Assembly: GCA_963846575.1 (NCBI GenBank)
Contig: CAWJWJ010000001.1
Location: 416,001 to 480,000 of the forward strand
DNA: 64,000 nucleotides
Direction of reading: 5' to 3'
From: an uncultured Nitrospiraceae bacterium
Lineage (GTDB): Bacteria > Nitrospirota > Nitrospiria > Nitrospirales > Nitrospiraceae
Within the stretch, counting starts at the first letter, position 1. Each line of letters starts with the position of its first letter. Of the stretch, positions 26,049-36,900 are shown piece by piece. The position numbers were made by a program, and so were the translations under genes. Under the pieces are notes generated by a model that made no database searches, was not told where the DNA came from, and was given only the letters and a program-made list of their open reading frames with translations.

Positions 26049-27172
26049 GGAACCCAGTCAGCGAGAAAGACATTGAACTCTCCACGCTCCTTCGCCCCTC
26101 GGTCCGATACCCAGACCAGGCGTTTTCCGTCGGGAGAGAACATGGGGAAACTGTTGAACTGTCCGTCAAATGTGAGCCGCTCCAAGCCAGTGCCGTCCTC
26201 ATGGACAAGATACAGATGGAACTCCGGCCGCCCCCCCTCATTCCGGGTCTCCACATTCGAGGCGAAGATGAGCCGATGCCCGTCAGGATGGAAATAGGGA
26301 GAAAAATTGGAGGCGCCGTTGTGTGTCACCTGCTGCTTGTCGGATCCGTCGGCATTCATGATATACAACTCGAGCTGGCCCGGCTCCACCAGATTCTGGG
26401 CCAAAAGCGTCTTGTACTGATCGAGTTCCTCCTGGTTCGCCGGATGCTGCGCGCGGTAGACGATGCGCTTGCTGTCCGGTGAAAAGAACGGCCCCCCCTC
26501 GTAGCCGACCTCCTCGGTCAACCGCCGGATATGGGTGCCATCCAAATCCATGGCGTAGATGTTCAGATCGCCGTCACGCAGCGAGGTCCACACGATGGTC
26601 TTTCCGTTGGGAGACACGGTCGCTTCAGCATCGTACCCCGGCGTATTCGTCAGGCGCTGAGGATCCTGCCCGTCAATGCGGACGGAGAAGAGATCGTAAT
26701 CATCCAGGGCCCAGCGATAGGCCCCGTCGCGTTTTGGCTTGGGAGGGCAATTGGGAGCCCTCAAATGCGTGGACGAAAACAATACCCGGCGATCGCCCGG
26801 GAAAAAATACCCGCAGGTCGTGGCTCCCACGCCGGTGCTGACCATGCGAATCGCGTCACTCGCCAGATCCATGACATACATTTGATAACAACCGAGCGGT
26901 TGGTCGGCCGGTTTCATGGCGGCGGCGTAGGTATCTTTCATCCAGTTATTCGTGGACTGGAAAATCAGCTTATCCCCGCTGAACGAAAAATAGGCTTCTG
27001 CATTCTGCCGCCCGAAGGTGAGTTGCCGGATGTTCGTGAGATGGCGCTCGGCCGACGCGACCGGTTTTCCGGCCGCAGCCTGCTTGGGCGCAGCCGCCTC
27101 GACCGGCACCACCAGCATCGCACCGAACAGGACGCCCGCTATCCCCGAGATCACCCGGCTACTCTGTTTCAA
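26045..27172 (-). CDS. TolB-like PD40 beta-propeller periplasmic protein
   Basis: Signal peptide; repeated FSPDGK/xIVF blades, NAEAYFS, GYDAEAT. Confidence 0.85.
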   Translation of the reverse strand: MKQSSRVISGIAGVLFGAMLVVPVEAAAPKQAAAGKPVASAERHLTNIRQLTFGRQNAEAYFSFSGDKLIFQSTNNWMKDTYAAAMKPADQPLGCYQMYVMDLASDAIRMVSTGVGATTCGYFFPGDRRVLFSSTHLRAPNCPPKPKRDGAYRWALDDYDLFSVRIDGQDPQRLTNTPGYDAEATVSPNGKTIVWTSLRDGDLNIYAMDLDGTHIRRLTEEVGYEGGPFFSPDSKRIVYRAQHPANQEELDQYKTLLAQNLVEPGQLELYIMNADGSDKQQVTHNGASNFSPYFHPDGHRLIFASNVETRNEGGRPEFHLYLVHEDGTGLERLTFDGQFNSFPMFSPDGKRLVWVSDRGAKERGEFNVFLADWVP

Positions 27173-29348
27173 ATCGCACCTCAGTACTCATCTTATCCTC
27201 CCAATCTCCCCGTGCCGTCACGGCACCTTCCTGAAACACCACATAACTCTGCCATCCATAAAAAAACAAGAGGCGCGCCACCCGACCCAACGCCTGGGGC
27301 GTCACGCCGTACAGCCAGGTGACCACACTGCCCGGAAGATCGGGGCGACGGCAGGACACCAGGAACGCCATGTTCGGACCGGCGTACATCCGTCCCTGAA
27401 TCGCGAACCCGGTCTCGGTGAGACGAACGTGATCACGACAGGACTGGAGAGCCCGGGCTGCAGGGGAGGCCTCCTGAGGACTACCCAAGAAAAGTATGGA
27501 CCCGTTCGGCAACTGTGACGTTTCTGGTTTCGCCGGCAACAGGGTCGTCCGCGGCACGTCAGGTCTGGATGCTTCCTGCGCCACGATGCGCTGGACAATG
27601 GCCGCCAGCGGATCAGCCTGATCGGATGACGCAGCGGAGGGCAGGACGACCGTGCGAGCCACATCCGTCACATAGAGATTCAACATAGGGGGCAGGTCGC
27701 GTCGGTCCACCCGACGAAACAAATGATAGTCCGGATCAAGTTTCACGGCCTGGGGACGTTTGGCGAGAGGGACCATGACATCCTGCTGGGCATCGACGAG
27801 TTGGATACGAACGTCCTGAGAGCGCTCCCCGGCAAACACGAACCTGAGTTCGATCGGAGTGCGATACGGCACGTCGCGCTGAGTGATATGCACCGCTGCC
27901 TCAATACTGGGAATCTGGCCGGAAGTTCCGTGTGCCGGTTGCACGCGCACACCCGACAAGGCGAGGTCCGGCGCGCCGGCCCGCTCGACCCACTGCGCAA
28001 AAAACCACCGCAGATCCCGCCCGACTGCTCGTTGAAACACCTGTTCAAGATTCTTCCAATCAGCCACCTCGCCGAGATACCGCTCCGGAATCTGCTTGAG
28101 CGCCCGCCAGAACACCTCATCGCCGACTTCCTGCCTGAGCATATGAAACACCATGGCGGATTTCTGATAGCCGATGGCGTTGTCTTTTTCATCATGCTTC
28201 TGCGCAAACTTCTCGAGCGGGTAGTCGTCCCCCGGTCGGACGTGGGCTGAATAACCCATGAGCATCAGCCGTCGTTGTTCGCGAGCCTGCGCCTCATCTC
28301 CGGTGAGTTCATGATAGTAGTAGTTCGACAGATACGTGGTCAGGCCCTCTACCCAGTTACCCTCGCTGACCCGGTTAAACACACCGTTGCCTATCCAGGA
28401 ATGCACGATTTCGTGCCCCAACGCATAGGGCTGAGTATAGTGGCGCTTGATGACTCCGCTCCCCAGCAGCGTGAAGGATGGCATTCCCAATCCACTCGGG
28501 AAAAAATTTTCCACGACGGCAAACCGTGTAAAGGGATAGGGTCCGAGCAGAGGAATATAGGCGTCCAGATATCGAGCCGACGCCGTGAGATATTCATCCG
28601 CAAGCGCCTCCTCTTCGGGGAATAAATAGGTGGCCAACTCAATCTTCTGTCCAGACTTGGCTTGCCACGCGCGAGTGCTGACGACAAAGCGATTGGCCAC
28701 GACCGTCAACGCCTCACTCCTGGTGGAGACGACCCAGCGCGCAGGATCGGCCTGTGGAGTTCCCTGTGTCACGGCGGTCCAGCCGCGCGGCACGGTCATC
28801 GTAACGTCATAAGTGGCCAGAGACGCGTCGAGATCCGGGTACCACTGACTCTCACTGCTGAGATAGATCCCCTCCGGTCCGATGTGACCGGAGGTGTCGC
28901 TCGCCGTAACAAAGCGAAGCTGGCGGGGATCCCGCGGAGGGTCGTCGATGACTCCCCGGTACACAAACTTCAGCTGTACCGACCCAGCTCCCGGATTCGT
29001 AGGAAGCTGCAGGACGACGCGTGCAGGCTCGGTCGGACTGGAGGTAGCGCCCCTCTCAAATGCCAACGGTGTAGCGGATTCGCAGCCGTTCCGACAGTGA
29101 GTGACATCCTCAACCGTTTCCAGCCGCAAGGTGGGTGCAAGCGAAAAGGCCAGTACTGTTCCAGGCGATCCTCCCGTCAGGGTCAGCTGATCTGTCGCAA
29201 CCAACTCGTGGGAATCCGGGAGCAGCTCCAGCGTGATCAGATGGTGAGAAACCGTCGGACGGAAAGAGCCGGACTCAGCGACTGCGAGAGCAGGAATGAG
29301 AAGAATCGCAAGCAGACTGAAACGGATGAGGCGACGCAAACAATTCAC
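27159..29348 (-). CDS. exported M1-family metallopeptidase
   Basis: HEIVHSW...WVEGLTTY zinc motif, YQKSAMVFHMLR; signal peptide. Confidence 0.88.
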   Translation of the reverse strand: MNCLRRLIRFSLLAILLIPALAVAESGSFRPTVSHHLITLELLPDSHELVATDQLTLTGGSPGTVLAFSLAPTLRLETVEDVTHCRNGCESATPLAFERGATSSPTEPARVVLQLPTNPGAGSVQLKFVYRGVIDDPPRDPRQLRFVTASDTSGHIGPEGIYLSSESQWYPDLDASLATYDVTMTVPRGWTAVTQGTPQADPARWVVSTRSEALTVVANRFVVSTRAWQAKSGQKIELATYLFPEEEALADEYLTASARYLDAYIPLLGPYPFTRFAVVENFFPSGLGMPSFTLLGSGVIKRHYTQPYALGHEIVHSWIGNGVFNRVSEGNWVEGLTTYLSNYYYHELTGDEAQAREQRRLMLMGYSAHVRPGDDYPLEKFAQKHDEKDNAIGYQKSAMVFHMLRQEVGDEVFWRALKQIPERYLGEVADWKNLEQVFQRAVGRDLRWFFAQWVERAGAPDLALSGVRVQPAHGTSGQIPSIEAAVHITQRDVPYRTPIELRFVFAGERSQDVRIQLVDAQQDVMVPLAKRPQAVKLDPDYHLFRRVDRRDLPPMLNLYVTDVARTVVLPSAASSDQADPLAAIVQRIVAQEASRPDVPRTTLLPAKPETSQLPNGSILFLGSPQEASPAARALQSCRDHVRLTETGFAIQGRMYAGPNMAFLVSCRRPDLPGSVVTWLYGVTPQALGRVARLLFFYGWQSYVVFQEGAVTARGDWEDKMSTEVRFETE

Positions 29349-29381
29349 CCTTCACCGACACGTCAAAGTGAAGGGTGGAGA

Positions 29382-30167
29382 TTAACACTCCCGGCAGACC
29401 ATCACAAGCTGGATAGCCATCAGGGCTCGCTCCAAATCAATCGGTTTATCCAGGACTTCTTGTGGTCCCAACGCCCAGGCTTCGGCCAGCAACGGATCGT
29501 TCTGATGGCCACTCAGAATAATCGTCCTCCCGGCATAGTCACGTTCCTTGAGCGCCTGCAACAATTCCACTCCGTTCATCTCAGGCATCACCAGATCCAG
29601 GATTAGCAGGTCGGGAACCGACTCCGACACTAACCGGAGCGCCTCACGCCCATCCGCTGCCGAACGGACCTGGTACCCGCGCAGACCGAGGAAACGGACG
29701 AGGAGATCGCGCGCCATGACGTCGTCATCAACCACCAGAATGTCTTCGCTGGGACCCTGAACACCCGCATCTCTAGAACGAGCCTGCAGGGCAGAGGCCT
29801 GTCGCTTCGACTGTTGCGCAACCCGGTGCACCGCTCCGATGAGCACATCCAAGGACAGCCCCTTTCGGACGAAATCCGTTACCCGTAACTCACGAGCCTG
29901 ATTTTCCTGATCCTCAGTGACTCCTCCCCCAAGAATAATGACGCCGGCGCAGGGGTCCTGCGTACGAATTTCCTTGAGGACGGCCAATCCATCCATTTCC
30001 GGCATGCGCAAATCGATCAGGGTCACGAGGGGACGAAGTTGACGAAACAACGCCACCCCGGCTTGTCCGCTTGTGGCCGTGCTCACCTGATAACCTTGAC
30101 GAGCGAAGGCCACCTGCAACAGGTCGCAATGCAGTCGATCGTCGTCGATTACTAACAAGCTGCTCAT
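29382..30167 (-). CDS. response regulator with two tandem receiver domains and no output domain
   Basis: LVIDDD...IDLRMPEMDG and LVVDDD...LDLVMPEMNG...LDKP; start uncertain. Confidence 0.85.
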   Translation of the reverse strand: MSSLLVIDDDRLHCDLLQVAFARQGYQVSTATSGQAGVALFRQLRPLVTLIDLRMPEMDGLAVLKEIRTQDPCAGVIILGGGVTEDQENQARELRVTDFVRKGLSLDVLIGAVHRVAQQSKRQASALQARSRDAGVQGPSEDILVVDDDVMARDLLVRFLGLRGYQVRSAADGREALRLVSESVPDLLILDLVMPEMNGVELLQALKERDYAGRTIILSGHQNDPLLAEAWALGPQEVLDKPIDLERALMAIQLVMVCREC

Positions 30168-30321
30168 GGGGTCTACCTGATTACTTCCCGCCGAAACGTC
30201 CGTGGCGTTCACGGACGAACGGGATTCACGATCGAAAGCCTAGCATAGGACTGAAGCGATGAGAAGAAATTGCATCGAAGGCGCGGCAGTGAACCACGGA
30301 CAATCGACCGGCATGAAACAG

Positions 30322-31236
30322 TCAGAACAACGCGTCGACAAATGCTTTGGCGTCGAAATCCTGCAAATCCTCCGCCGATTCGCCGACTCCGATCAACCGA
30401 ACTGGAATCTTGAAGGTATCGGCAATCGCCACGACGATCCCGCCGCGTGCCGTTCCGTCGAGTTTGGTGAGGGCAATTCCGGTTACCCCGACCGCCTCGT
30501 GAAACTGTCTTGCCTGGGCAATGGCATTTTGCCCTACCGTGGCATCCAGCACCAGTAACACCTCATGCGGTGCTCCCTGGCACTCCTGCGCGACAATACG
30601 TTTCATTTTTCGTAATTCGTCCATGAGATTGGTCTTGGTATGGAGACGCCCGGCGGTATCGATGAGAACGACATCCGTCCCGCGTGCTTTCGCCGCCGTC
30701 ATACCGTCATAGGCGACTGCGGCCGGATCGGCCCCGGGTCGATGGCGGATCATGTCGACCTGAATGCGGTCCGCCCACACCTGCAATTGATCGATTGCTG
30801 CTGCCCGAAACGTGTCGCCGGCCACAAGGAGGGGAGATTTTCCTCCTTGCCGAAATCGTTGCGTCAGCTTCGCAATCGTTGTGGTTTTGCCGACACCATT
30901 CACCCCCACGGCTAAAATGACGAACGGACGAGGCCCCTGGGCCACCAATTGTTCCATCGAGACGGATTGTGTCGGAAGAAGAATGTCCAGGACGGATTTC
31001 CGAAGTAGATCTCGCACCTTGTCGGCCGAAGAAAAATTCCCTCCCCGCATCTGAGCCCTCAGCTGTCCCATGACCCGGTCGACCACCGGGAGGCCAAGGT
31101 CTGCACCGATCAAAGCCACCTCCAATTCGTCCAGGAGTGCCGGATCAGCCGCCCGCCCGAGCATCCGGTCCAACTGTCCCGTGACGGCGTCACGAGTTTT
31201 AGAAAGTCCGGCGCTCAGTTTTTGAATCCATCCCAC
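30322..31236 (-). CDS. ftsY: SRP receptor FtsY
   Basis: GVNGVGKTTT, DTFRAAA, DTAGR, TKLDGTARGG. Confidence 0.97.
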   Translation of the reverse strand: MGWIQKLSAGLSKTRDAVTGQLDRMLGRAADPALLDELEVALIGADLGLPVVDRVMGQLRAQMRGGNFSSADKVRDLLRKSVLDILLPTQSVSMEQLVAQGPRPFVILAVGVNGVGKTTTIAKLTQRFRQGGKSPLLVAGDTFRAAAIDQLQVWADRIQVDMIRHRPGADPAAVAYDGMTAAKARGTDVVLIDTAGRLHTKTNLMDELRKMKRIVAQECQGAPHEVLLVLDATVGQNAIAQARQFHEAVGVTGIALTKLDGTARGGIVVAIADTFKIPVRLIGVGESAEDLQDFDAKAFVDALF

Positions 31237-31314
31237 CGCTCACCTCACTTAGACCAAGCCGTCGAAACGTCCCAGGCCGCACCCAGCCCTGCATCATAAC
31301 CGATCGATATCACG

Positions 31315-31764
31315 TCACACCACCAATCGCGGGATGCGGCCCACGCGCTGAAGCACTACGCGCTCACGACTGGCCATCCGCCGCGCTTCGCCGTCGCTTC
31401 GCTCATGATCATAGCCACATAAGTGGAGCACGCCGTGGATGAGCAATATGACCAGCTCATGATCGATACCATGCTCACGCTCACGAGCCTGGCGGATGGC
31501 CTGGGGCAGAGAAATAACAATGTCTCCGAGCAGGAGCGAGGAGGGTCCCGGTCCCTCCCGCGTGGCAAACGCCAGAACATCCGTCGTCTTGTCACGCTGG
31601 CGAAACGCCCGATTCAGGCTGCGCATCCGACCATCGCCCACGATTTCCAGGCTGAGCAATGCATCGGCTTCGCCGACCGACTCAAGGATCCGTGCTGCAA
31701 GTTTTTTGAGGGTTCCGAGGCGGAGCGTCCACCTTGTCAGCCGCATCCCGATCATCACCGGCAT
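31315..31764 (-). CDS. ybeY: rRNA maturation endoribonuclease YbeY
   Basis: TDVLAF, LGDIVIS, HGVLHLCGYDH. Confidence 0.95.
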   Translation of the reverse strand: MPVMIGMRLTRWTLRLGTLKKLAARILESVGEADALLSLEIVGDGRMRSLNRAFRQRDKTTDVLAFATREGPGPSSLLLGDIVISLPQAIRQAREREHGIDHELVILLIHGVLHLCGYDHERSDGEARRMASRERVVLQRVGRIPRLVV

Positions 31765-32846
31765 TAATGCGGTTGCCCCCAGGAATCTGTCGAGGGAAGA
31801 ACGGGGCGAGCGAGTTTGGGATCTGGCCGATGGCCCTTTGTTTGGCCTTTTTTCAACTGAGTGGAGTGGGCAGAACCGACCGTATGCCGATCATAGGCTT
31901 TGATGATCTCCTGAACGAGACGATGCCGCACGACATCCCGCTCATCAAAATAGACAAATTCGATACCGGCAATGTCCTTCAGAATATCGCGCACCTCGAT
32001 GAGTCCGGACACGCGATCGCTTGGTAAATCGATCTGGGTAATGTCCCCCGTCACCACCGCCTTGGAATGAAACCCCAACCGGGTCAAAAACATTTTCATT
32101 TGTTCGGCAGTGGCATTTTGAGCCTCGTCCAAAATTACAAATGAATCATTGAGCGTACGCCCTCGCATGAATGCCAGCGGCGCGATTTCAATGTCTCCAC
32201 GTTCGATCAGACGATTCGCCCGCTCCATCTCCATCATGTCGAATAACGCATCGTAGAGCGGCCGGAGATATGGATTGACCTTGGCATACATGTCCCCCGG
32301 GAGATATCCGAGCTTCTCCCCTGCTTCTACGGCGGGGCGAGCGAGAATAATGCGGCTGACTTCTTTTTTCATCAGCGCACTCACCGCCATGGCCATAGCC
32401 AGATAAGTCTTGCCGGTTCCGGCGGGACCTATGCCGATCACGATGTCGTGTTTCTCTATGGCATCGAGATAGTATTTTTGGGTCGGAGTCTTGGGGACTA
32501 TGAATCGCTTCTTGGTGACGATCGGGGAAGCACTGAACAGAAGTTCTTTGAGGGAGGCATCCTGGTTGTGACGCAGGGCGGTCAGGGCATGGGTCACATC
32601 ATCGGGCCTGAGATCATACCCCTCATATGTCAGGGAGGCGAGCTCATTGAGCACTCTCTCGGCCTGCTTCACGGCATCAGGCACGCCCTCCACCGTGACT
32701 TCTTCACCCCGCGCAGAACACCTCACCCCGAACTCTTCCTCGATAAGCTTGAGGTGTCGATCGTGATGCCCAAAAAGGGTTGCGGTGTTGGTGCCTTCCC
32801 GTAGTTTAATCTTGCGCACGCGGGTGTCGGGGACTCCTTTCGTCAA
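31764..32846 (-). CDS. phoH: PhoH family ATPase
   Basis: GPAGTGKTYLA, RPAVEAGEKLGYLPG, AFMRGRTL, DEAQN. Confidence 0.93.
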   Translation of the reverse strand: MTKGVPDTRVRKIKLREGTNTATLFGHHDRHLKLIEEEFGVRCSARGEEVTVEGVPDAVKQAERVLNELASLTYEGYDLRPDDVTHALTALRHNQDASLKELLFSASPIVTKKRFIVPKTPTQKYYLDAIEKHDIVIGIGPAGTGKTYLAMAMAVSALMKKEVSRIILARPAVEAGEKLGYLPGDMYAKVNPYLRPLYDALFDMMEMERANRLIERGDIEIAPLAFMRGRTLNDSFVILDEAQNATAEQMKMFLTRLGFHSKAVVTGDITQIDLPSDRVSGLIEVRDILKDIAGIEFVYFDERDVVRHRLVQEIIKAYDRHTVGSAHSTQLKKGQTKGHRPDPKLARPVLPSTDSWGQPH

Positions 32847-32936
32847 GCCGATGAGTGGATTCTATCAAACCTGGAAAGTCAGGAACAAGCTCGGCAAGGG
32901 GAGACTGGAAAAAAAACAGAGAAGACCCGGGAGAGT

Positions 32937-33959
32937 CTAACCCTTCGTTGGCGGAGACGTCTGGGATTGAGCAGTTGAGGGAATCGAAACTTCAAACTCT
33001 TGCCACGCAGTCCCCCCTTGCCCATCATCCACCACGACTTTGACACGATGGGTTCCGGTGAGGCCGGGAGTCACAGGCCAGGTCACGTGCCCACTGACCT
33101 TGTCGATAGTCATTCCCGGAGGTGCGGTCTCCAGCCCGTAGGAGACGGAATCCCCATCGGTATCCTTAGCCTGGACCGTATATTCATACCGCTCCCTGTT
33201 TGTCAGCGCCCCTGGACTCGAAAAAATTTGCGGTGGCGAGTTGCCTAATACAATCGATGATGAACGGGTCGCCGGGGCAGCGGCCTCTTGATCTCTCGCG
33301 ACGACTTCGACTGCCACGACATCCTTTCGACCAAACCCGGTGGTGTCGAGTATGCTTTCCTCCCCCTCCTTCACCTGTTTGTCGTTACGCCACCAGCGGT
33401 ACAAGTATTGAATTTCGTCACGATCAGGATCGACCGCAGCGACCCTGGCGAGCACTCGATTGCTGGATTCAGGGGAACCTGCTTCGATCGTTACCTGTGT
33501 GACGATCGGGGCAGTATTGATGACCTCAACCGGTTCGGAGCGATAGGGCGGGCTGTCTACGTGACCGTCGGATGCAATCACTTCGAGCGCAATCTGGTCA
33601 CCTCGCTTTACCTGACCCGGCTTCAGCTCGAACTCCGTTGCACCCGGCAGCGGCGTTCCATTGACGATCCACTGGAACCGTTTGCTGGGCTCCGTACCGT
33701 CCGGATCGTCTACGGCAACATGTGCGGTAATCGGCCCGGCCAATGTCAGGGGATTAGGAACAATGGTCACCATGCGAACGGTAGGCGGACGGTTATTCTC
33801 CGTGGCATGCTCCGCCACCGACCCATCTTGAGGAGAGGATGAACATCCCCAGCATGCCACAATCGCCAGGGCCGCGACTCCCAACCGAGATGCCAGAGAA
33901 TGGGCGGGGGAACAAAGCTCTCCCACCCTAGCGCTCATTAAAACCCACGAGGTTGTCAT
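32937..33959 (-). CDS. Ig-like repeat lipoprotein at the end of the pilus operon
   Basis: Lipobox-like CWGC; three NxPP...DPDG Ig-like repeats; TGATG overlap with the pilY1 stop. Confidence 0.75.
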   Translation of the reverse strand: MTTSWVLMSARVGELCSPAHSLASRLGVAALAIVACWGCSSSPQDGSVAEHATENNRPPTVRMVTIVPNPLTLAGPITAHVAVDDPDGTEPSKRFQWIVNGTPLPGATEFELKPGQVKRGDQIALEVIASDGHVDSPPYRSEPVEVINTAPIVTQVTIEAGSPESSNRVLARVAAVDPDRDEIQYLYRWWRNDKQVKEGEESILDTTGFGRKDVVAVEVVARDQEAAAPATRSSSIVLGNSPPQIFSSPGALTNRERYEYTVQAKDTDGDSVSYGLETAPPGMTIDKVSGHVTWPVTPGLTGTHRVKVVVDDGQGGTAWQEFEVSIPSTAQSQTSPPTKG

Positions 33960-36900
33960 CACAGGTTTGTCCATGAAAAGTACCGGCTTCGTGGGTCAAT
34001 TGCGACGGGCACGCTGATGTTCGAGCTCGGGAGGCCCGCATTTGATCCACACGTCGCGCAATCTCCAAAATTTCCTTGGCTCATATTGATCAAGAGACCG
34101 AACGGACTGCCACCGTCACGACCGGATCCCATATGAACGACGATGCCGAACGCTAAACCTTCTCCAAGGGATCCGAATCTATTTACAGTTTGATTCGCAC
34201 CTGACGCAGCGGTTCCGATTATAGGCTCTTGGTACGCGCTCCCTGTTTTGTAGAACAGCGCCCAGAGCCGGCTCGTCCCGGATGAGACGCAGAGGTCGCC
34301 CGTCGGGGTAAAGGTAGGAAAAAACACAATCCCTCCAAACACCGTCGGGCTGCTCACCACCCGTTCACCAATCCCATAGGCCACGGGTTTGGACGGCGGG
34401 TTCGCCGGCTCAACCAGCTTGGTCACCCAGCCATCCTTGCTCTGCACCAGTCCGATCAACCCTGTGAAGGTCGACGCGCCGCTGACTCCGGAAACCTGAT
34501 TCGTCCCGCTTGACTGCCCACAGTCTCCGACGCCCACCACACACACTGACGCGGCCGACACATCGACGAGATCATTTTCCATGCATTTGTCGACACCAGC
34601 GGATTGATTGCAGCCTGCATTCAGCACGGAATCTTTCAGTCCGACAAAATACTGGGTAGTCACATCGGTCTTGTCCGACTTACCGTAATAACGGCCGCTG
34701 CCGGCAAAGACCCACACGTTCGCGGCATCATCCACCGTGACGGACGGGGCTGTCGCAACCGGGCCCATCTCCGCACCGGATAAAAAGGTATCCAGCATCT
34801 CGGTGGGAACCCGGGCACTTCCCGAGGCGATACCCCACTGAGTCGGGCTGGTCACCGTGCCGAACTTCGCGGTGGCTCCCCCCGCTCCCATGGTCAGACG
34901 GTAGATCTTTCCCCGCCAGGGAAGCGACCCGTCGTCGATGACGCGCCCGAAATACACCACGTCGTGACGATAATCCAGATCTCGATCAAACGATGTCATG
35001 TCGCCGAGATAGGAATTCCAGGAACCGAAAGAATACGAGGTCACCAGACTGTTGCCAGTGCCTGGTCCTGTTGCGAGGTCGATCACGAAGGCCTTAGCCC
35101 CTTGCACCACGCTGGCATCGTACCCGGTCGGGCCGGACCCGACGACCATGTACCACTTCGCATTCGTATTGCTGGCCTTCGCGTCGGCTGCAGGATTCAC
35201 TCGAACGACAGCCGGGACGCTGGTGGCAAGCCCCATGTCCGGGCTGCTGAATGACCAGAGCAGCTTTGGAGCGTCAGGATTGGTGACATCGATGGCAAAG
35301 TACGAGCTGTAGAACGTGTAGTTTGTTCCACTGATGGAGACCGTCATGGGAGGAGCCCCCGTCCCGGACGTACAGGCTCCGCAACTTCCCCCCATTCGGA
35401 ATCCACCGATCAAAATGGTTCCCCATCCGTTCGGATGGTCGGCATCGGGAGTGAAGGTCCGCACATCGGCCACCTTGAGCGGCAGGTCGACATAGTAGGC
35501 ATGCTGGTAGTCGGCACGGGTCAAGAACTCCAGCTGCGGAAGGAGCTCGTACGGCACGAATCCCCACGACTCATCTCCCAACGCAGCACCCGTGGAATTG
35601 TCAGACGGACCGGTAGTGAACCAGCCATGTTCAGTGATATTGGCCGGAGCAGAGGAACTCGCGTCATCGCCGGGGTGATAATAACCGGCGTTGAACGCGT
35701 GCAGCATGCCATCGTTTCCGCCGACATAGGCGACCTGCCGTCGGTTGTACCAGCGCTGTAGGAAGGCAGAGTAACTCTGGTCTCCATAAATCGCGTCATG
35801 CCGGTCTCGGGGACCTGCAACCACCGTCGGCGTCGAATGGATGACGTCCCCTAACTTCCACACCTTCAAGGTTCCGCTGCCGGCCGGGACTTGCAGACGG
35901 CGGTCCCTTGTCGTCGCCTGCTCCGCGCAAGTTGCCACGTCGCAGCCACGGACAAAATTAATGATCTTGGTACCCTCGGCACTGGACGAGGCACGAAGGT
36001 AAGGCCGGAGGGTCGCCTCATTGGCCGTCGTGAACGGGATCTGCTCACCGGAGTTGACGATGCCATCGTGATTCGAATCGACCCATGTGAGAATGGTGCG
36101 AGTGGATGAATCTTTTAAGGCCAACTGTTTGCCGGCCTCCCAAATCGGCTTAATATCACTCAACAGCTGCGCGCAAGGATTGCAGTCCGCCGTCGTCACG
36201 AGATTGTCGCCATTCTGATCGTTCGGCAACCCGTCGCCGTCGCTATCTACATACTTATCGACCTTCACTGTACTTGTCGCCGAGTCGTACCGGGTCTTGA
36301 TGATCCTGTCGACCTTGTAATCGAGCCGGCCATCCTGGTTTGTATCCTCACGGGTATTCCCGAAGGTGTCGATGAAGAGAGACTGCGTATACCCGGTCCA
36401 TCTCACATCACTCAGAGTCGACGGCTCGAGAGTGCTGGGATAGAAATACGATTGATAGAGTGCGCCTTCACCTGTCGAGGCCGTAGCGAGTACGGACACC
36501 GATGCACCCGAGGCACTTCGTCTGAGAATACTCGAGATGGTGGCAAGGAGCTTGTCTTGAATGTCATCCACGTTGGACAGATTCAAAGTAGGCATCGGGC
36601 ACACCATCGGGAGTGGCTGCCCCCGTCAGGTTGTTCTCCCTGTCCCATTCATTGGTTTGAGGGACGCCGTCCCCATTCGCATCCTCGAACCCGCCCAACC
36701 GCGCCGTCTGGGCCAAAAGTCCTCGTCCGTTGATCGAGCCGAAGGCAAAAAATGAGTACACCGTCACGTTCTGATTGCCGGGTATGCAATGGCCTGTGAT
36801 GCCCAACACTGGAATCGTACCGTCGGCCGTCCCGTTGCAGGGACGAAGGTCATTGGTGTGGCCCCAGTACGCCACATCATCTAAAAAATGGCTTCCCAGG

